A stretch of DNA of 64,000 nucleotides from Fistulifera solaris (Eukaryota): positions 1,860,001-1,924,000 of the forward strand of contig AP026123.1 in NCBI GenBank assembly GCA_030295235.1, given 5' to 3'. The number at the start of each line of letters is the position of its first letter. Position 1 is the stretch's first letter. The notes under the pieces were generated by a model. That model saw nothing but the letters and a program-made list of their open reading frames with translations, was not told where the DNA came from and searched no databases. This document shows, piece after piece, positions 47,901 to 62,007 of this stretch. The position numbers and the translations under genes were made by a program.

Positions 47901-49284
47901 TTGGCGAGTTCTTTTGCCATAATTGGCAATGTGGTAAATGCCCATGCCATCAATATTGGATCAATTCGCTTGGCTATATTAGGCCGTTTTGTCTATGGTC
48001 TTTCTGCTACTGAGATACTTCAGCGACACATTCTGTCTATGAGTGGCCATCGCTTCATTGTCAGCGAATCGGCAAGCTTGGTTTTTCAAGGATCGCCGGT
48101 ACAGCAACGGGTCTCTTTTTAGGAGCTTGCATTGAAGCACTACCACTTCTTGTAAACGCACTTGATGTGCGGTTCCTTCGGGCAGCGAATTGGTTGCTGA
48201 TTTTGACATGGCTAATCCTTCTTATCGCTATTTGTATGAGGTTTCGGGAGCTGGAGTACGTCGCCTTGAAGGCCGATAGTCACAGACAAGGAGCGGTTGA
48301 TGCGGCTGTTCAGGGAATGAGTGATGGGAGCTCTAGCGAATCAGACTCTCCTAATCCTACGCGCATGTTATATGGTGCTGAGAGAGCCGACCTGAACGAT
48401 GATCTTCTAACCGCATTGGACAAGGCAAAACATCCCAGTGTTCCGAGCAGCCACGATAGTTACCAATCCAAACGTAATCGAGCACCCGGAACACCCATAA
48501 AGAAACGCTCTAGAAACTGGAGAAACTTTGTCGTGCGAATCCGCAAGCTTCTTGATTTCCACATCGGCATCCCTGTTTCACTCTTCATTCTTTTTGTCGC
48601 TTCTTTTTGCGTGGAGGCCTTCTTTACAGGCACCCCCCTCGTTACGAACGAATACTTCGGCTGGAATGGTGCACAAGCATCCAGCTTTCTCGGCTTACTT
48701 ACGTGCACGACATTCCTCATTCATTGGATCTGTGAGCGCGTCTCTCGCGGCTTTGAGGACAGAAGTGTGATCAAGGTAAGCATCCAATCTTTTTATTCGT
48801 TGTTTATTGAGAACGATTCCTTACATCTGGATGCTTTCAGCGCTCTATTGTGCTAGTTGCGATCGGTTTATTTGTGACAATTAACTGGGCATCGATCATT
48901 TATTTAGCAACGCGCTACTCAGTATTATTGGAGGAGACGGAGCAGGGCCAGCCCCATGAATACGACTGGAAGTTCGGTGTTTTTCAGTATATCATCGGGC
49001 TTTGTCTTATTTACGCGGGTGGAAAAGCTCTTGAAAGCGCTTCAATGTCGATGTTGTCCAAGTTTTCTCCCGTCAACATTCGCAGTGTTGTTCTCAATGT
49101 TGGGACAATTGCTACTTTTCTAACGTCGCTAGCTCGCCTCCTTGCTGATCTTCAAGTGTCGATGATTGGTTTGTCCAACAAGCTTATCAACACCGACATG
49201 GTGAACTCCTTGTCGATACCTTTATTGCTGGCATGCTTTGTTGTCATGCTTGTTGTCCGGCGCCATTTCTTTTCTTTGCTATAA
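44989..49284 (+). CDS. SPX-domain MFS transporter (vacuolar phosphate transporter-like), multi-exon
   Basis: MVGFG..L......W...YLDYETLK and F...NLVAVRKI.RKHDR (SPX). The C-terminal half has many TM helices (FLYM|MNYFI, LGRFVYGL). Introns ~46038-46101, 47642-47699 and 48775-48840, plus apparent frameshifts. Confidence 0.85.
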
Positions 49285-49788
49285 AGAATGTTTGAGCGGC
49301 TTGTCATGGGTCTATTCATTTTTATAAATGTAGTACGGAGTAATAAATACAAAGTACGGAGTACTGTAGTAGTAGTAGGGTAGTAGTCTACGGAGTTATA
49401 AAAACAACTACCCGGGACTGACTCCTCGAGGGCAAGTTAGTTGAGTACCGTTACGATTTAAAGACAATGATTAGCTATGAGCTATGAAACACGTAAGCCT
49501 TAACCTTATTGACTGTTATGCTCCTGCATGAATGCGCACCGCCGCAAAAAATCCCACCGAGCGGGACCGCGTACAAGTAGAATAAGTGTAGCACTCGTTA
49601 TAACACATTCGCATCCATTATTTTTTCATTGATCTTCACCATTATTTGTGTTTGATGCGAAAGGAACGATTCATTTAATGTATTTTGAAAAGAATGTCAA
49701 GTGACAAGTAGATCTTTCATATCATTTAGCAGCAGAATTACCTTACAAACAATCAACGCAAAACTGATTCCCCCAAAACCGCCGCATC

Positions 49789-52700
49789 ATGTCGCCACCT
49801 CCAGCACTGGTCGAAGGGCGCAATGAAACATCGTTGCTAGTACAAATTTCTGAATCGTGTGCTCGTCACCGTTTGAGACATGAGAAGCAACAAAGTCATC
49901 ACGGGGCTGGCGAAGAGAATATGTCGACGTTTTGTCAGGAGAGCATTAAAACGTTACGAAAGATCGTGCCTAAAATCGAGCGACAGTATCATGCTTCAAC
50001 AAATCCGCAAGCAGAAGACATCGGTCATATCTGCGACTTTTACGAGCAACTGATTGAAGGAGACTTTTGTCCACATGCTCCTGATGCACTCCGACAAGAA
50101 AATGGGCCATTGAACGGTACGTTGAATGCTTTCAATTTTTACTGTTTGAAACTCGGCTGCCCTTTCTCATGTTCTTGCCACTCAGTGTTGCCGCGAATAT
50201 ATTTTTTATTTGAGAACCTCCTTTCTTTTTCTGTCATGGAAGATACAATGACGAGTAGTAGGACCGCAACATCGAGTAGGGTGTTTGAGAAGATCTGTCA
50301 AACGGTTGCACAATTGCTGGCAATGATGGCGGACTGCGCCGTGGTGCATGACATATTTCAGGATTGGTTCGAGCTAGCATTGGATTTGTCGTTACTCAGC
50401 CAGTCGACTCTTACGGACGATTATATGGATCAGGTCGAACTTTCGCTTTACGACCGGGTGTTGATGCAAAGCACGGCGATCATTGACGATAGAGACGAGT
50501 ACGTCTTGATTTTAAAGACAAAAGAGCACCTTTATATGATACAATCTGCTGTGACGACGGTGTTGTACCATTTGATTCATTTACTTCAGGAAAAAAGGCT
50601 GTTGGATGCAATGATGGTGGACATGGTGCAAAGCAACGGCTATGGCGATTCATACTTTATTGATTTGATCACCGAACGGCCAGATCTCTTCGAAGAGCTT
50701 TTAACAATGTCGCGACCAATACTATTATCGCCTGAATCTGAATCATTAAAGAAGAACGCGCTTAGAGTTCGTTCAAAGATGGCCACTCTTCGTCTTCTAC
50801 AAATGATGGATTCCGATTTGCGTGATATCGGAGTTGTGTCGCCGTTGGCCTCCCTTCGACTTCATCTGCACATTTTGATTGCTGAGGCAATCGGAAATGT
50901 TCTACAAACCAAACAAAGCTTTTCATTATCGAAGCTAGAGGCGTCCTACATCAGAAAGCTAGCACAATGTTTGACTGGAACCGTACACCGTTTTGGAGAA
51001 TGCCCTTCAGACCGTACAACCTATCTTGCACTGCTTTGGAATAGAATACAAAGCATACAAAGCTGCTTGAAAGTAAATCCAGCTAGACGAGCACTTGAAG
51101 TCGCGGTACTTCGTTCCATTCACATGTTGCTGGTGAAAGTCGGGAAATGTGGACACGCCGAAGCTCAAGTCTCGGACCATGACACGCTGACGCACGTCTT
51201 AGGCTTGGTCGAAGATCCTGACTTCCATGAGTATGCAATCTGGATAATTTCGGCTATTTTGGCAATGAACGGATACGATAATTTAGAGGATATTTGCGGT
51301 GAAGCGATACGCCACGACGAAACGGAATTTGTCGACGAAAAGGTAGTTTCGGGGACAAAGAGGACGCTTCCTACCCGTGAGCTTGCGAGTTTCACTAAAC
51401 GTCAGAAATATGATGAAGTGGGCAGTACTTTGCGGCCGGACGAACGTCGCGAAAACATGGTTAGGGCTGTGGCCGAGGATCTGCTGCAATTGCTTATCTA
51501 TGAAAGGCAATCAAATCAGGCAACATCTGCAAGCTCAATCAAAGTCCTTGGTGGGATCAGGATTGTTCTTGCTCTCGCGGAAGCCACTACTTCTTTAGGG
51601 CAGGTCGCCGAGATGTGGTTTAGTCGAGTGTTGTTAGATGTCGCGTTGCAGCTGGCTCGAAACGTTCAAGATTCGGACGTGTCGAGCGAAAGCCGAGTAG
51701 TGCTGCGAAGCCTAGTATGCTGTGGACTTCATGTGTTTCAAGTTCGTAGCCACTGTCCAGACCTGTTTGCAAACGCACTCGCAGCGGCTCTACCGGTAGA
51801 CGACTTCGTAGAGACTTGCGAAAGTTTATTTTTGCTTTTGCTAAATGAAGGTCAAATTGAAAAGCATCCCTGGGTTCTTGACAGTGTCTTTCACCATTGT
51901 CTCCATTTGCAATTCACGGCAAGATCAAGACCATCAAATCCCTTAGCTTCGTTTGATATTGAGGTCTTCACTTTCTTCCTCGTTCGGGTATCCTTCGACG
52001 GAGTTAAAGTGACGTCACAGAAATTTGAAAAGGTCAATGCTGAGGGGTCGCACGATACACAAGATAAAAGACTTTCCTTCCTTGCTTCATCGGTCAAGTT
52101 AGTACTCCCAGAATCCAATCTGACAACTCAGCAAAAGACTTGTCGTTTGTTGGCGTTGATAGACTTCAAAATTCTGAATTCTTGGTCCAAAAAAACATGT
52201 TTGCTTTCGATTCAATGGCTTCTACGCGAATCATCTCTGCACGACCTTCGACGCATGATGAACCGATATAACCGAGAGAGACCTTTAAGCGGATCCGACC
52301 TTTGGCGTTTCGTAATTGACTGCTGCTTTGCCGACGACGATGCGAGTATACGAAAAATTTCTGCGGAAATTATCCAACTCGTTTTCAATGATGGATCAAC
52401 GGGGTTAATTCCTTGTCTACTTTCAACAGACGACGAGTGGATAGCCCTGAATTCAGGAGCACAAAGTACCCACGACTTATCACAAGTGCAAATTTTGGAT
52501 CAGCTTGTTATTCGGTTTTTTCGGAATGTCGATGAGTTGCTGCACAGGCGCTGCTGCGTGCCCCAATCTCAGCTGTCATTGACCATTGGGTCAGTCTCCA
52601 GCTCCAGCAGTGAAAAATCATTGAAAAGAGACAGGAATTTTGAACAACTGATTTTTCAATGTCGACGTGCAACTAAGGTTCTTTTGTCATTTTGCGTGGA

Positions 52701-55700
52701 CAAAGATGATTATTTAATGAAAAGGGTTTTACACTCTTCTCTCACTCGAGTTGTTCGGCTTTGGTCCGGACCAGGGACTCTTCGTAACGAGACTCACTGG
52801 ATTTCTTTCGTCGAACTGTCTCGCTGGATTTACGGTTCCGTGGTATCGAGGGTGTTTGACGACGAAAACATTAAACGTTTTGTTCCCAACCTCTTCAGAG
52901 AAGTGCTGGTGCCCAGTTCCACTATATTGATGGCTGACGGTCGCACGGGTATCGATAATATTCGAGATGGGACGAAGGAACGACATTGTCTCTTACTATC
53001 AACTTTTATTGGTGTTTTTATTTTGAGCGGTTCAGCCGACGCAGAGGGGGACGTCAATCGCTGCCAGAAATCACGGATGTGTTAATGACATCGAAAGGTT
53101 TCTTGGAACTTACCTTCCTTATATTTTCTCTCAGTTTGTTCTTGAGAGAGACTATGACGCTCTCAGACTTACGACGTGCTTTAAGTTTTTCATTCTCGGA
53201 CAAAAACTTTTTGAGTCAAAGCAAAAGATGAGAGTTTCAAACGACGGATTAAAGATGAACTATGTTTTTGATCTTTCCCTTGGAAGCCCAAAGTCTACTT
53301 TTGTCACGTCCTCCATGCTTTCGAGAGTCTGGCGACATGATTTGGAGGAACAAACAGGTTCCTTATGCTCCTCGACGGATGTTTTTGCCACACTGCTGCC
53401 GTTGGTGTTTACACGAGCAGGTGAATCGGAGATTATCTTCCTTATGCAAACTGTTTTGAAAAACAGGCTGATTTCTCTTACCAAAACGATCCAGACTAAC
53501 GAGAGAATTATTTTAAGGAACATATTGCTCGAGATAGGGGACAATTATTACAGTTATGATCCGGTCTTCAGAGCCTTCAAACTCATCGACTACTTCCGCA
53601 CTCTCAGTGATGAGGCATCTTCAAGACCTTTGTCTACTCTTTATCGCAACTTCAAAGATCATGATGAAAGTCATTCCGAATGGATTACGATGCATTTCAT
53701 GTACCTGGTCGTGCAAATAGTGCAATTCCGATGGAGTACAAAGACTGATAAAGAGAGAACCCAGTCTTTGAGATCATTACTGTTTGCAGTACGCTTACTC
53801 GACCCGAAGGAATCCTGCCAATACTTCCCTCAGATCATCGCTACACTCAACGCTGCTGTTGCTTTGTGCGAAGAAAGGGCTACCCATGATACAGAGGAAG
53901 TGATGTTGGTGGCCGTCCAAATCTTGTCTGAATTCATCAAGTTAGCAGGGGAAAGCAACACAGAACTGTTGGGCCAAAATCTCAAGATTGTTGTTGTATC
54001 ACTAGTTCCAGTATTGAGCGAAAGCGAGTACTCTCATGAGTCATCAGCGCGATCGGCCTCTCGAAATGTTGGGATTGAAATTATCCAGGGACTTGTCCAA
54101 GGTGACATCGGCAGGCGTCTTGCTCCATATTTTTCTGATATTCCCTTTCTTCCGTCTAATGAAGCTCTCCACAGTGTTAAAGAGTCGCTCCGTTCTTTGG
54201 GCGTTGACAACGATACTGTCCTCTCAACACAGGGCACTCAAGACGGAGCTAGCACTGATCAATCGCATAACGACACGTCGAAACAAGAAGCTTTGCGTCA
54301 GCGTTTGGCGACTGTCTGTCCTCTAATAGCACACGAGAACGCAGGAGTTAGGCGGATCGCTCTCAAGCATATCATTGATCTGCTGAAAGCGAATAGATAT
54401 CTTTTCCATGCACTTGTCGAGAACGAAGGAGACACATCCATGAAACATTACCTTACGGTAATTAAGCCGGAGACTTCAGGTACGTAAAGCATCGCGATGC
54501 CTACTAAGATTTTCGGGAAAATAGTCTCACAATAATATCTGCACTGACAAGGTTCGTCCTATGGTACCGTCACTGAGCTTCTCGAAGCCGTGATGAGTCG
54601 ATGCCTGGTGGAGACTGATGAGAAAACGAGAATTCTGCTTGCAACATGTATTGGTGAGGTTGGCGCCATTGCTGTAGATAGACTGGAAGAAAACTCCGAC
54701 AAAAATAGTTGTGTAAAAATGGAGAACGGTCCATGGAAATCACGTGCGGCGCGACACCAGCTCAAGCTTGTGACAGAACATTTAGTGACTTCCCTAAAGG
54801 CAGCACATACCACATCAGATCAACATAAAATCATGTTCACAATCCAGCAAGTTCTTCAAATTCTTGACAAATCTGTGAGCAAACGCAAAGTACACGACGA
54901 CACTTCGAATTCTGAGAAGAGTGAAATGAGCGGCTGGCTTTCAGCGCAGCTCTCAAATGCGGGGGTCCTTGATATTGTCGAGCCTTTCTGGTGGACAGAA
55001 TTTTGCGAGGTAAGTTCGAATTCGTCAATCGATAACGTTTCTTACATTAATCTCACCAGCTTCCTTCGAAAGTCTGAAGCGGCTGTAACATGGAAAAATC
55101 CTCCCTTTTTTAATGAGTCGCCATCTTATTTTGCCTGGATGTCTAATTGGTGCTCATATCTGGCTCGTCGAGCTTACGATAAAAGGGAGACCGAGTGGAG
55201 TGAACTATTTTATGCATGCAGAACTGCCCTACGGACTCCAGTCGGGCTAGAGATCGCAGAGTACTTACTACCTATACTGATCCTTGATAGGATATGTTTT
55301 GGAGACGCCCATGACGAAAAGGTCATTTTGGACGAGATTCGATCAGCTCTGACTTTTCGAAACGACTTTTATCCAAAGATGATTCACACGGAAAGACAAA
55401 AGTGGTGAACACGCTTCTTGACCTCATAGAGACAATGCAGCGGTGGCACGAACAAGAGACCGAGTCAAAACTGACAGGTTCTGTCAAAGCAGTAGAGTCC
55501 CGTGAGTGTAAAGACAATAATCATAACTTCGAGCCTCCGATCAATCGCGCTGCTTTCAACTGGACAGTCGAAGACGCCACGATGCGAATAGATGACATTC
55601 TAACCAATATTCCACTTTCGTTGCGGGCACGAGCTGCCTCTTGCGTGGGGATGCATTCACGAGCTTTGCGACTGTTTGAAATGGTGGCTCGACAACGCAC

Positions 55701-58700
55701 CGTGAAAGCTGTTTTTGAGAATACAAAAACAAAGTATGTATGCGATAAACAAACTCGATCTAGAGCTGCTGGGACTTGTTATGGTTCTGAACTGGAATAT
55801 TTCATGGAGACACTGTGCTCATTAGACGATTATGAGACGCTATCGTGCCTATTAGAAGACGAGAGTACGAAAAACGGGGCTTCTTTTTCTTGGGGCGCTA
55901 CTAAGAAGAAGGAGATTTCTGGTGATTGGGAAGGTGCTCTACAAGACTACGAGAGAGCACTACAGTTACAACGGACTGACAAAAGTGAGTTCATTCATTT
56001 GCAAAAAGGAGCTTTGCGTTGTTTACTGGAGCTTGGCCACTTCGAAAGTGTGATAAATCAAGTGTCAGGACTGATGAGCGAGTCATCCAACGCCAATAAC
56101 GACTGTTCTATTTATGATGAGTACCTCCCAGCTTCAGTCGAAGCCTCGTGGCGTCTTGGTGACTGGAATTCGCTTGAGAGTTTGTCTAAATCTGAGACTA
56201 GACAGAAATGCAGTCGCGAATGTTCTGGATTAACTCAGGGAGACATTATACTTGAGCTGCGAAAAGGAAATTTTGACATGGCGATGACACACTTGGCGAA
56301 TGCCCGCAGATTGATCATGAATGCTCTATCTATAACGGCAAGTGAGGGCTATGCTCGTGCATTTCGTGACGTTATCAGCTTGCATGCCTTACGCGAGATT
56401 GAAGACGTCGCAAGCATTATCTGTGATGATGATGCATCAAAAAATTTGGGAGACTTACTTGCGAAAGCTGATCTCTCTTGGGATCGACGTCTTTCTTTTG
56501 TCGGCCCAGTTGGGGCTTCACACATTTTGGATACCCGCCTTGCATTATCAAGGTTAGCGGGTGACTCTATTTTGGAAGGATCGATGTTTTTGCAAATGGG
56601 AAAGATGGCTCGTAAGGACAAACTATTAGGCACCGCAGCAAATGCGCTTAGTCAAGCGCAAGCTGTGTTTTGCAAAGTGAAAGCGGGCAATTGGAACGGA
56701 CATGGTATTACTCGGAGCTCCATGCATTTCCAATTCGCGAAACTAAAGCACGACAGCGGCGACTGCACTTCAGCTCTCCGCATGCTTGATATAGGCGATC
56801 TTGATACCTTGGTTCATTTATCTGATTCAGATCTTCGCCTGCAAGTTTCTGAAAGGGTAAAATTCTTTCTTGGATCAGAATGCCACGGAATGACGAGCGA
56901 AGAGACGGTTTCCGTTTTTGCTAAAAGCGTACTTCAGTCTACGCGTTGGATGATCGATGGGGGACTGAAGGGCGGTTCTGAAATAATGTCTCGCTTTCGA
57001 ATCTTACATCAAGTAGCACCACGGCTTGAAAAAGGTAGGCCATGTTTCAGTGGCAAATAAAATTCTCTTGCAGCTTGACTGACAGCATTTCAGGGCATTT
57101 TTATTTTGCAAAGTACGTAGATGCAATTTTGCGGTCCAGAATCATTGCGATACTGAGGAAATCTCCTGAAGGACGTTCACGCGAAAGCGATGATATTCTT
57201 GATGGTTTTGTAGTTGCTCATGACAGAGCATGCCAGCGCTACATCTTACTAGCCATAAAGCATTACGTCGAAGCTCTAATCATTGACATTCGCCACGTTT
57301 ATCAGGCTCTCCCACGATTGCTTTCTTTATGGTTTGAATTTACCAGCATTGGGAGCACTGAACAGTCCAAATACAGGGTGTATGAAGAACCGACAGCTCA
57401 AGGTAAGATTGTTCTTGGTCTGCTGCGTATTTTCGCAATCACATCTAATCCGAATGCAATAGTTTTAACGCAGAACCAAGAAGAGGCGAATGCCGTGATA
57501 GCCACAAAATACAAGCAAATACCTGTTCCAGCTTTCTACACCGCACTCCCTCAACTCATTTCTCGGGTAAAGCACCCAAATAGCGACACAACCACCGTGG
57601 TACACGGCATCGTTCGCCGCGTATTGACCAAATATCCAGCACAGGCTATGTGGCCACTAGCCTGGCTGCGCCAATCACGGCAGCATGATCGTCAAAAAGC
57701 AGGCAATGAAATTTTTCGCGAAGCTGAGTTACGTCTCGCGGAGACTTCGAACAGACTTCATTTGCTTTTAGTCGAATCCAAGAGTCTCTTCGAGTGGCTT
57801 CAAAAACTCGCTAAATTTGAGCCAAAAAGGCGCGATGCACCGAGATAAAAGTCACTCCATGGAAAGGACAGATAGGCCTTGAAGAGTTCATTCCACCCGT
57901 CAAAGCTGCTTTGTCTGCCTCTTTTTCTATTGGAGATAGCGAGCGGTCAAGGGATTTATTTCCTCGCCATGTTCCTCGAATGAGAGCATTTTCCTCCACG
58001 ATCAAAGTCATGCAGTCGAAAGCTCGACCGAAGATTCTCAAGGCCCACGTTGTTTCTGCTGATTCTTTGACAAAAATAAAGGAAAGAACGAGCAGTGGCT
58101 GTTTTGACATAGGTGAAATTCATTTCTTGGTGAAGCAGGAAGCCAAGGGTGATCTCCGGAAAGATGCTAGGGTACAAGAACTTAACAACGTAGTGAATCG
58201 TCTACTAGTATCAACGGCCGGCCGAACAATGAATCAGAGACGCCCATTACGTATTCGGACTTTTGCGGTAACCTGTTTATCTGAGGACACGGGCATTCTT
58301 GAGTGGGTTCCAGATACATCGTCATTTCGATCCTTGATTGGTAAGGCATTCAACCCACAAGTGAATACATACACCGCACAGCGCAGAGGGGCCAGACTGG
58401 CAAATCTCGGCGATCCTGTGATGAGGAAGGATTATGAAAGATGCCAGGAAATGTTTTTCGTGTCGAAAAATTTAAAGGCTGCAACAAAGATGTTTGAGGA
58501 GCTCTGTTTAAGTACTAATCCACCCCTTCTATTTTGGTGGTTCGTGCATGCCTTTGAAAACTCGAATGCGTGGTACGAAGCTCGAACCCGCTTCACTCGA
58601 AGTTCCGCTGCTTGGGCCGCAATTGGACACGTACTGGGAGTCGGTGATAGGCATGCTGAGAACATACTGGTGGATACGTCAAACGGCGAATGCGTACATG

Positions 58701-59282
58701 TCGACTTTGACTGGTAAGTCGTCTTGTTGGCTTTGTGTTTAGCTGAATAGAGAGGTGAGTAATCCTAACCTACGATTGATCAGTATCTTTGATAAGGGCC
58801 TTCACCTACCGAAGCCAGAAGTTGTTCCTTTTCGGCTCACGCAGAACATGCTGGATGCGTTTGGACCAACGGGTGCGGATGGTATTTTTAGTGATATTCT
58901 GTACAAAGCGATGCACACTCTACGAGACAACCGTGACACTCTATTATCGGTTCTCGAGCCCTTTCTAAAAGATCCTGTCATTGATTGGAAACGTTCACGT
59001 AGTCAGCAACAAGACAAAAATTCGTCCGGAGAAGACCACAACACCAAAGAGGCCAAGAGATCCATTAACGTGATTGATGAAAGGTTGCGTGGAATTTACA
59101 ACTTGCGGAATCCGAATTACAAACGCATTCGTCGAAATGATACTTTCGTCGACCAAGAAGATGAAGAGCTGACGCACATGCTTCCCCTTTCGGTGGAAGG
59201 TCAAGTGCACAAGATGATCGCCGAGGCGACGAGCAACGAGAACTTGGTCCAAATGTACATAGGTTGGATGGCTTGGCTGTAG
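49789..59282 (+). CDS. ATR: ATR/Mec1 PIKK-family checkpoint kinase, multi-exon with several apparent frameshifts
   Basis: FAT region (YQALPRLLSLW, LPQLISR..H), kinase motifs (DLRKDAR, GILEWV, LGVGDRHAENIL, HVDFD, PEVVPFRLTQNM) and FATC LSVEGQV..MI.EAT...NL..MYIGW. Confidence 0.93.
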
Positions 59283-59334
59283 ATGAATCAGTAAACAGAC
59301 TTAAGGATAGATCAATGAATACTGTGCATTACAA

Positions 59335-60396
59335 TTATCGCATATCGAACGAAAGCTCGCGCTCACGCATAAGAAGCTCCGGTGGCTTTCGGTACCGTTG
59401 ATTCGCGTCCATGGCAACAACCAAGGCCGCGATCAGTCCAAAATACGATCCTGTGATGGCTACTCGCTGCGTGGGAGTGATGCGGTAATAGTTAGGCGGT
59501 ATATGGTGGGGATTATAAAAACGCTGGAACGTTTCGTATCCTCCCGACAGCAAAACTAGATAGAAGATCGGGTTGCCGATTGCTCCGGAATAGGCAAGCA
59601 TTCCTCCGATTCCCAACCCCGCCACATTGGCATACGGCGAGAGTGCCCCAGCAATGCGTCCTCCATCGAGCGAGCCAATGGGCAGTAAATTGAAAAGATT
59701 GATCATGAAACCAAAGTCCGCCAGGGCAAAAAGTAATTGCGAATTCATTGAATGGGCCGCGAGCGCCACAGCTCCGGCACCCGCAGAACCCAAGGCCGGA
59801 CCGCCCAAAGCAACTAACGCGTCCTCCCACGCATCACGGGGACGCTGATTCATGGCGACGACGGCCCCGACAAAAGGAACGAATACCATAGGAGAAAAAG
59901 GGATTCCGCGCGAATGCATCACCCAAGCATGGCCTGTTTCGTGCACCAACAACAATCCCACCATCCCGACGGCGTACGGGAAACCGAAAAACATGGTATA
60001 CGTACCCACCGACAAAACCATCGAGCCCAGCGAGGCCATTTTAGTCAGCTTGAGCGCCCCGAGAAGATACTTGCCTTTTCCAAGAAACATGGAAGCTGCT
60101 CCTATGAGACCTGCTCCTTGCGCAAGGCGATTGCCATTCGGACGGCGACCTCCGAAGAAGGATGAAAAATGCGTGGCCGCTCCTAGCGACGAATTCACTA
60201 TGATGTGCTGCTTGAATTTCTGATTCGCAATAAAGCTACGATGTCCTCGCGGAAAAGGAGAACTGGAAAGGGCGCGAATCGAACGATTCATTGAAAAGGT
60301 TCTCTGGAAAGCTCCGTAAGAACCGCTTCGATACGTTTGCTGCATCAGCAGGTCGTGTTTTGCCAATAATGTTGAGCGCGTGACTCGTAGCAACAT
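59335..60396 (-). CDS. Peptidase M50 (site-2 protease family) with a probable organellar transit peptide
   Basis: LLVHETGH (HExxH), ALGGP and NLFNLLPIGSLDGGRI motifs; Arg/Ser-rich N-terminus. Confidence 0.9.
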   Translation of the reverse strand: MLLRVTRSTLLAKHDLLMQQTYRSGSYGAFQRTFSMNRSIRALSSSPFPRGHRSFIANQKFKQHIIVNSSLGAATHFSSFFGGRRPNGNRLAQGAGLIGAASMFLGKGKYLLGALKLTKMASLGSMVLSVGTYTMFFGFPYAVGMVGLLLVHETGHAWVMHSRGIPFSPMVFVPFVGAVVAMNQRPRDAWEDALVALGGPALGSAGAGAVALAAHSMNSQLLFALADFGFMINLFNLLPIGSLDGGRIAGALSPYANVAGLGIGGMLAYSGAIGNPIFYLVLLSGGYETFQRFYNPHHIPPNYYRITPTQRVAITGSYFGLIAALVVAMDANQRYRKPPELLMRERELSFDMR

Positions 60397-60795
60397 TGTT
60401 ACTCTCAATTTGGCAAATAAAGGGAAGACAAGATGTTCAGAGCTTCCTTCAATGATGATATTACCGGGCAATTAGTCTTAAAGATTCAAATGCAATAACG
60501 CAACTAAATTCTTCGTCGCTTCGACTTTTCGTCTGCTGCTGCTCCGTTGACGTGAAAGTTTTCTCTCTTCTATAGCTTAAGGTTAACGCTAATATATTAT
60601 GCTTCACCGAAAACTCTTAAGTATCACACCGGTACCGTCTAAGATGCCGACCCCGATCGACCGATCGACGACATTTTATTCCTTCGCATGAGGTTGCTAT
60701 GTTGATCTATCCGCTTTGCGGTGTGTATATGTGGACTTTACGATTGTGTCTACAGAATCCGCGTATCTCACAACAAGCTCGTTTAACTAGCGTTA

Positions 60796-62007
60796 CTAAC
60801 GGATTGCTGGGCCAACTTTCTCCATGTTTCTTTCTACCAATCGCTGTATCGGTTTCATCACGTCTTTCTTCTCTCTTTGTGCCCACAGCTGCAAATCTCT
60901 ACTGTACTTCATGCGACCGAGAGCTGACATCTTTTCGTACATTTGCAAGCGACCCGGATCGATTCGTTTCCAGCGTGCCGCTATAATGCGTGCTAGTTCT
61001 TGAAATCCGGCCTTGCGGTGGGGTTGTTTGCGACGTGACTCTTTGATTCCCAAGGACGTGTGCTGATCCTCTAAAAAGAACCGCTCTGTAACATTGCCTT
61101 CTCTTCCTCAGAAAGCTCTCCAGCGATTATTTTGGCACGTTCGTCTCGAAAGAAAATGTTGTACGCAGAAAGAGGGCGCTTCGGTTTCGAATTTGTGATT
61201 TCGCCCTCCTGATACGAATCTGATGCGGAAAACGGCACAATGGAAGGGGTGTATGCCTGCGTGATGCCAGGTCCAGTATTTAGTAGATTTGTGTGAGATG
61301 GATTCGGGATTGATGACGCCGCAGCTAGCAATTCAAGAGGATTCTGCTTTGCCGTTTCAACGCAATGAAGGCGACCCATTATCTTGCTGCCCCATTACTG
61401 GAAGAGAGGATTTCGTTTTCTCGGGAATAGCGTCGCCGACTTGGTTTGCTGGACTATTTTGACTTATACCAGGGGCAAAGTTCTGCAGTCCTAAATATGG
61501 TTGATGGAGCAAGTTATTTCAGCGGCATTACGAAATGCTGGGGTTGCATACCCAAGACTTGTGGGATCGCAAACGGCTGTCCGGTGGCTTGTAGCTGGAG
61601 CGGTAAGGAAGGCAAAATGATAATGGGAGAAGCAGTTGCTACAACCGGATTGATAAGCCTTGATAAGTCCGCTGGCATTAATGACAACCAGCCGGCGAAA
61701 AGCCATGACTCAAAGGATTGGCCATTCCAGGGTGCATTCCGTGAATAGCCGCTTCAATCTGACCATTTTGTTTTGCTATAGGCTGCTGCAATGCCGCTAA
61801 AGGGCCTGCTTGATTAGACGCCAATCCAAAGGTATTCGGTGGTGAAGCGCCGATAGCGGCAAACTGAGATAGCTGCGCTTCAGGAACATTCTGACCAACC
61901 GAGCCACCGGCTGTAATGCCTTTAACTTGATTACGAATAGAATGCATGTCGTTGTTCGATTGGAGCCTCGCTTGCACCTCCATCCGCTGCCGCGTCAATG
62001 GGTCCAT
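60796..62007 (-). CDS. HMG-box transcription factor (fragmented by apparent frameshifts)
   Basis: KPKRPLSAYNIFFRDERAKI and PHRKAGFQELARIIAARWK.ID; Q/A/P-rich N-terminal region. Confidence 0.8.

Noticed and set aside
1733..60553. TGACGT hexamers in many intergenic regions (1733, 12018, 13357, 16734, 35505, 44651, 60548)
   Set aside because: The count is close to what a 6-mer gives by chance on two strands, so enrichment cannot be claimed without a test.
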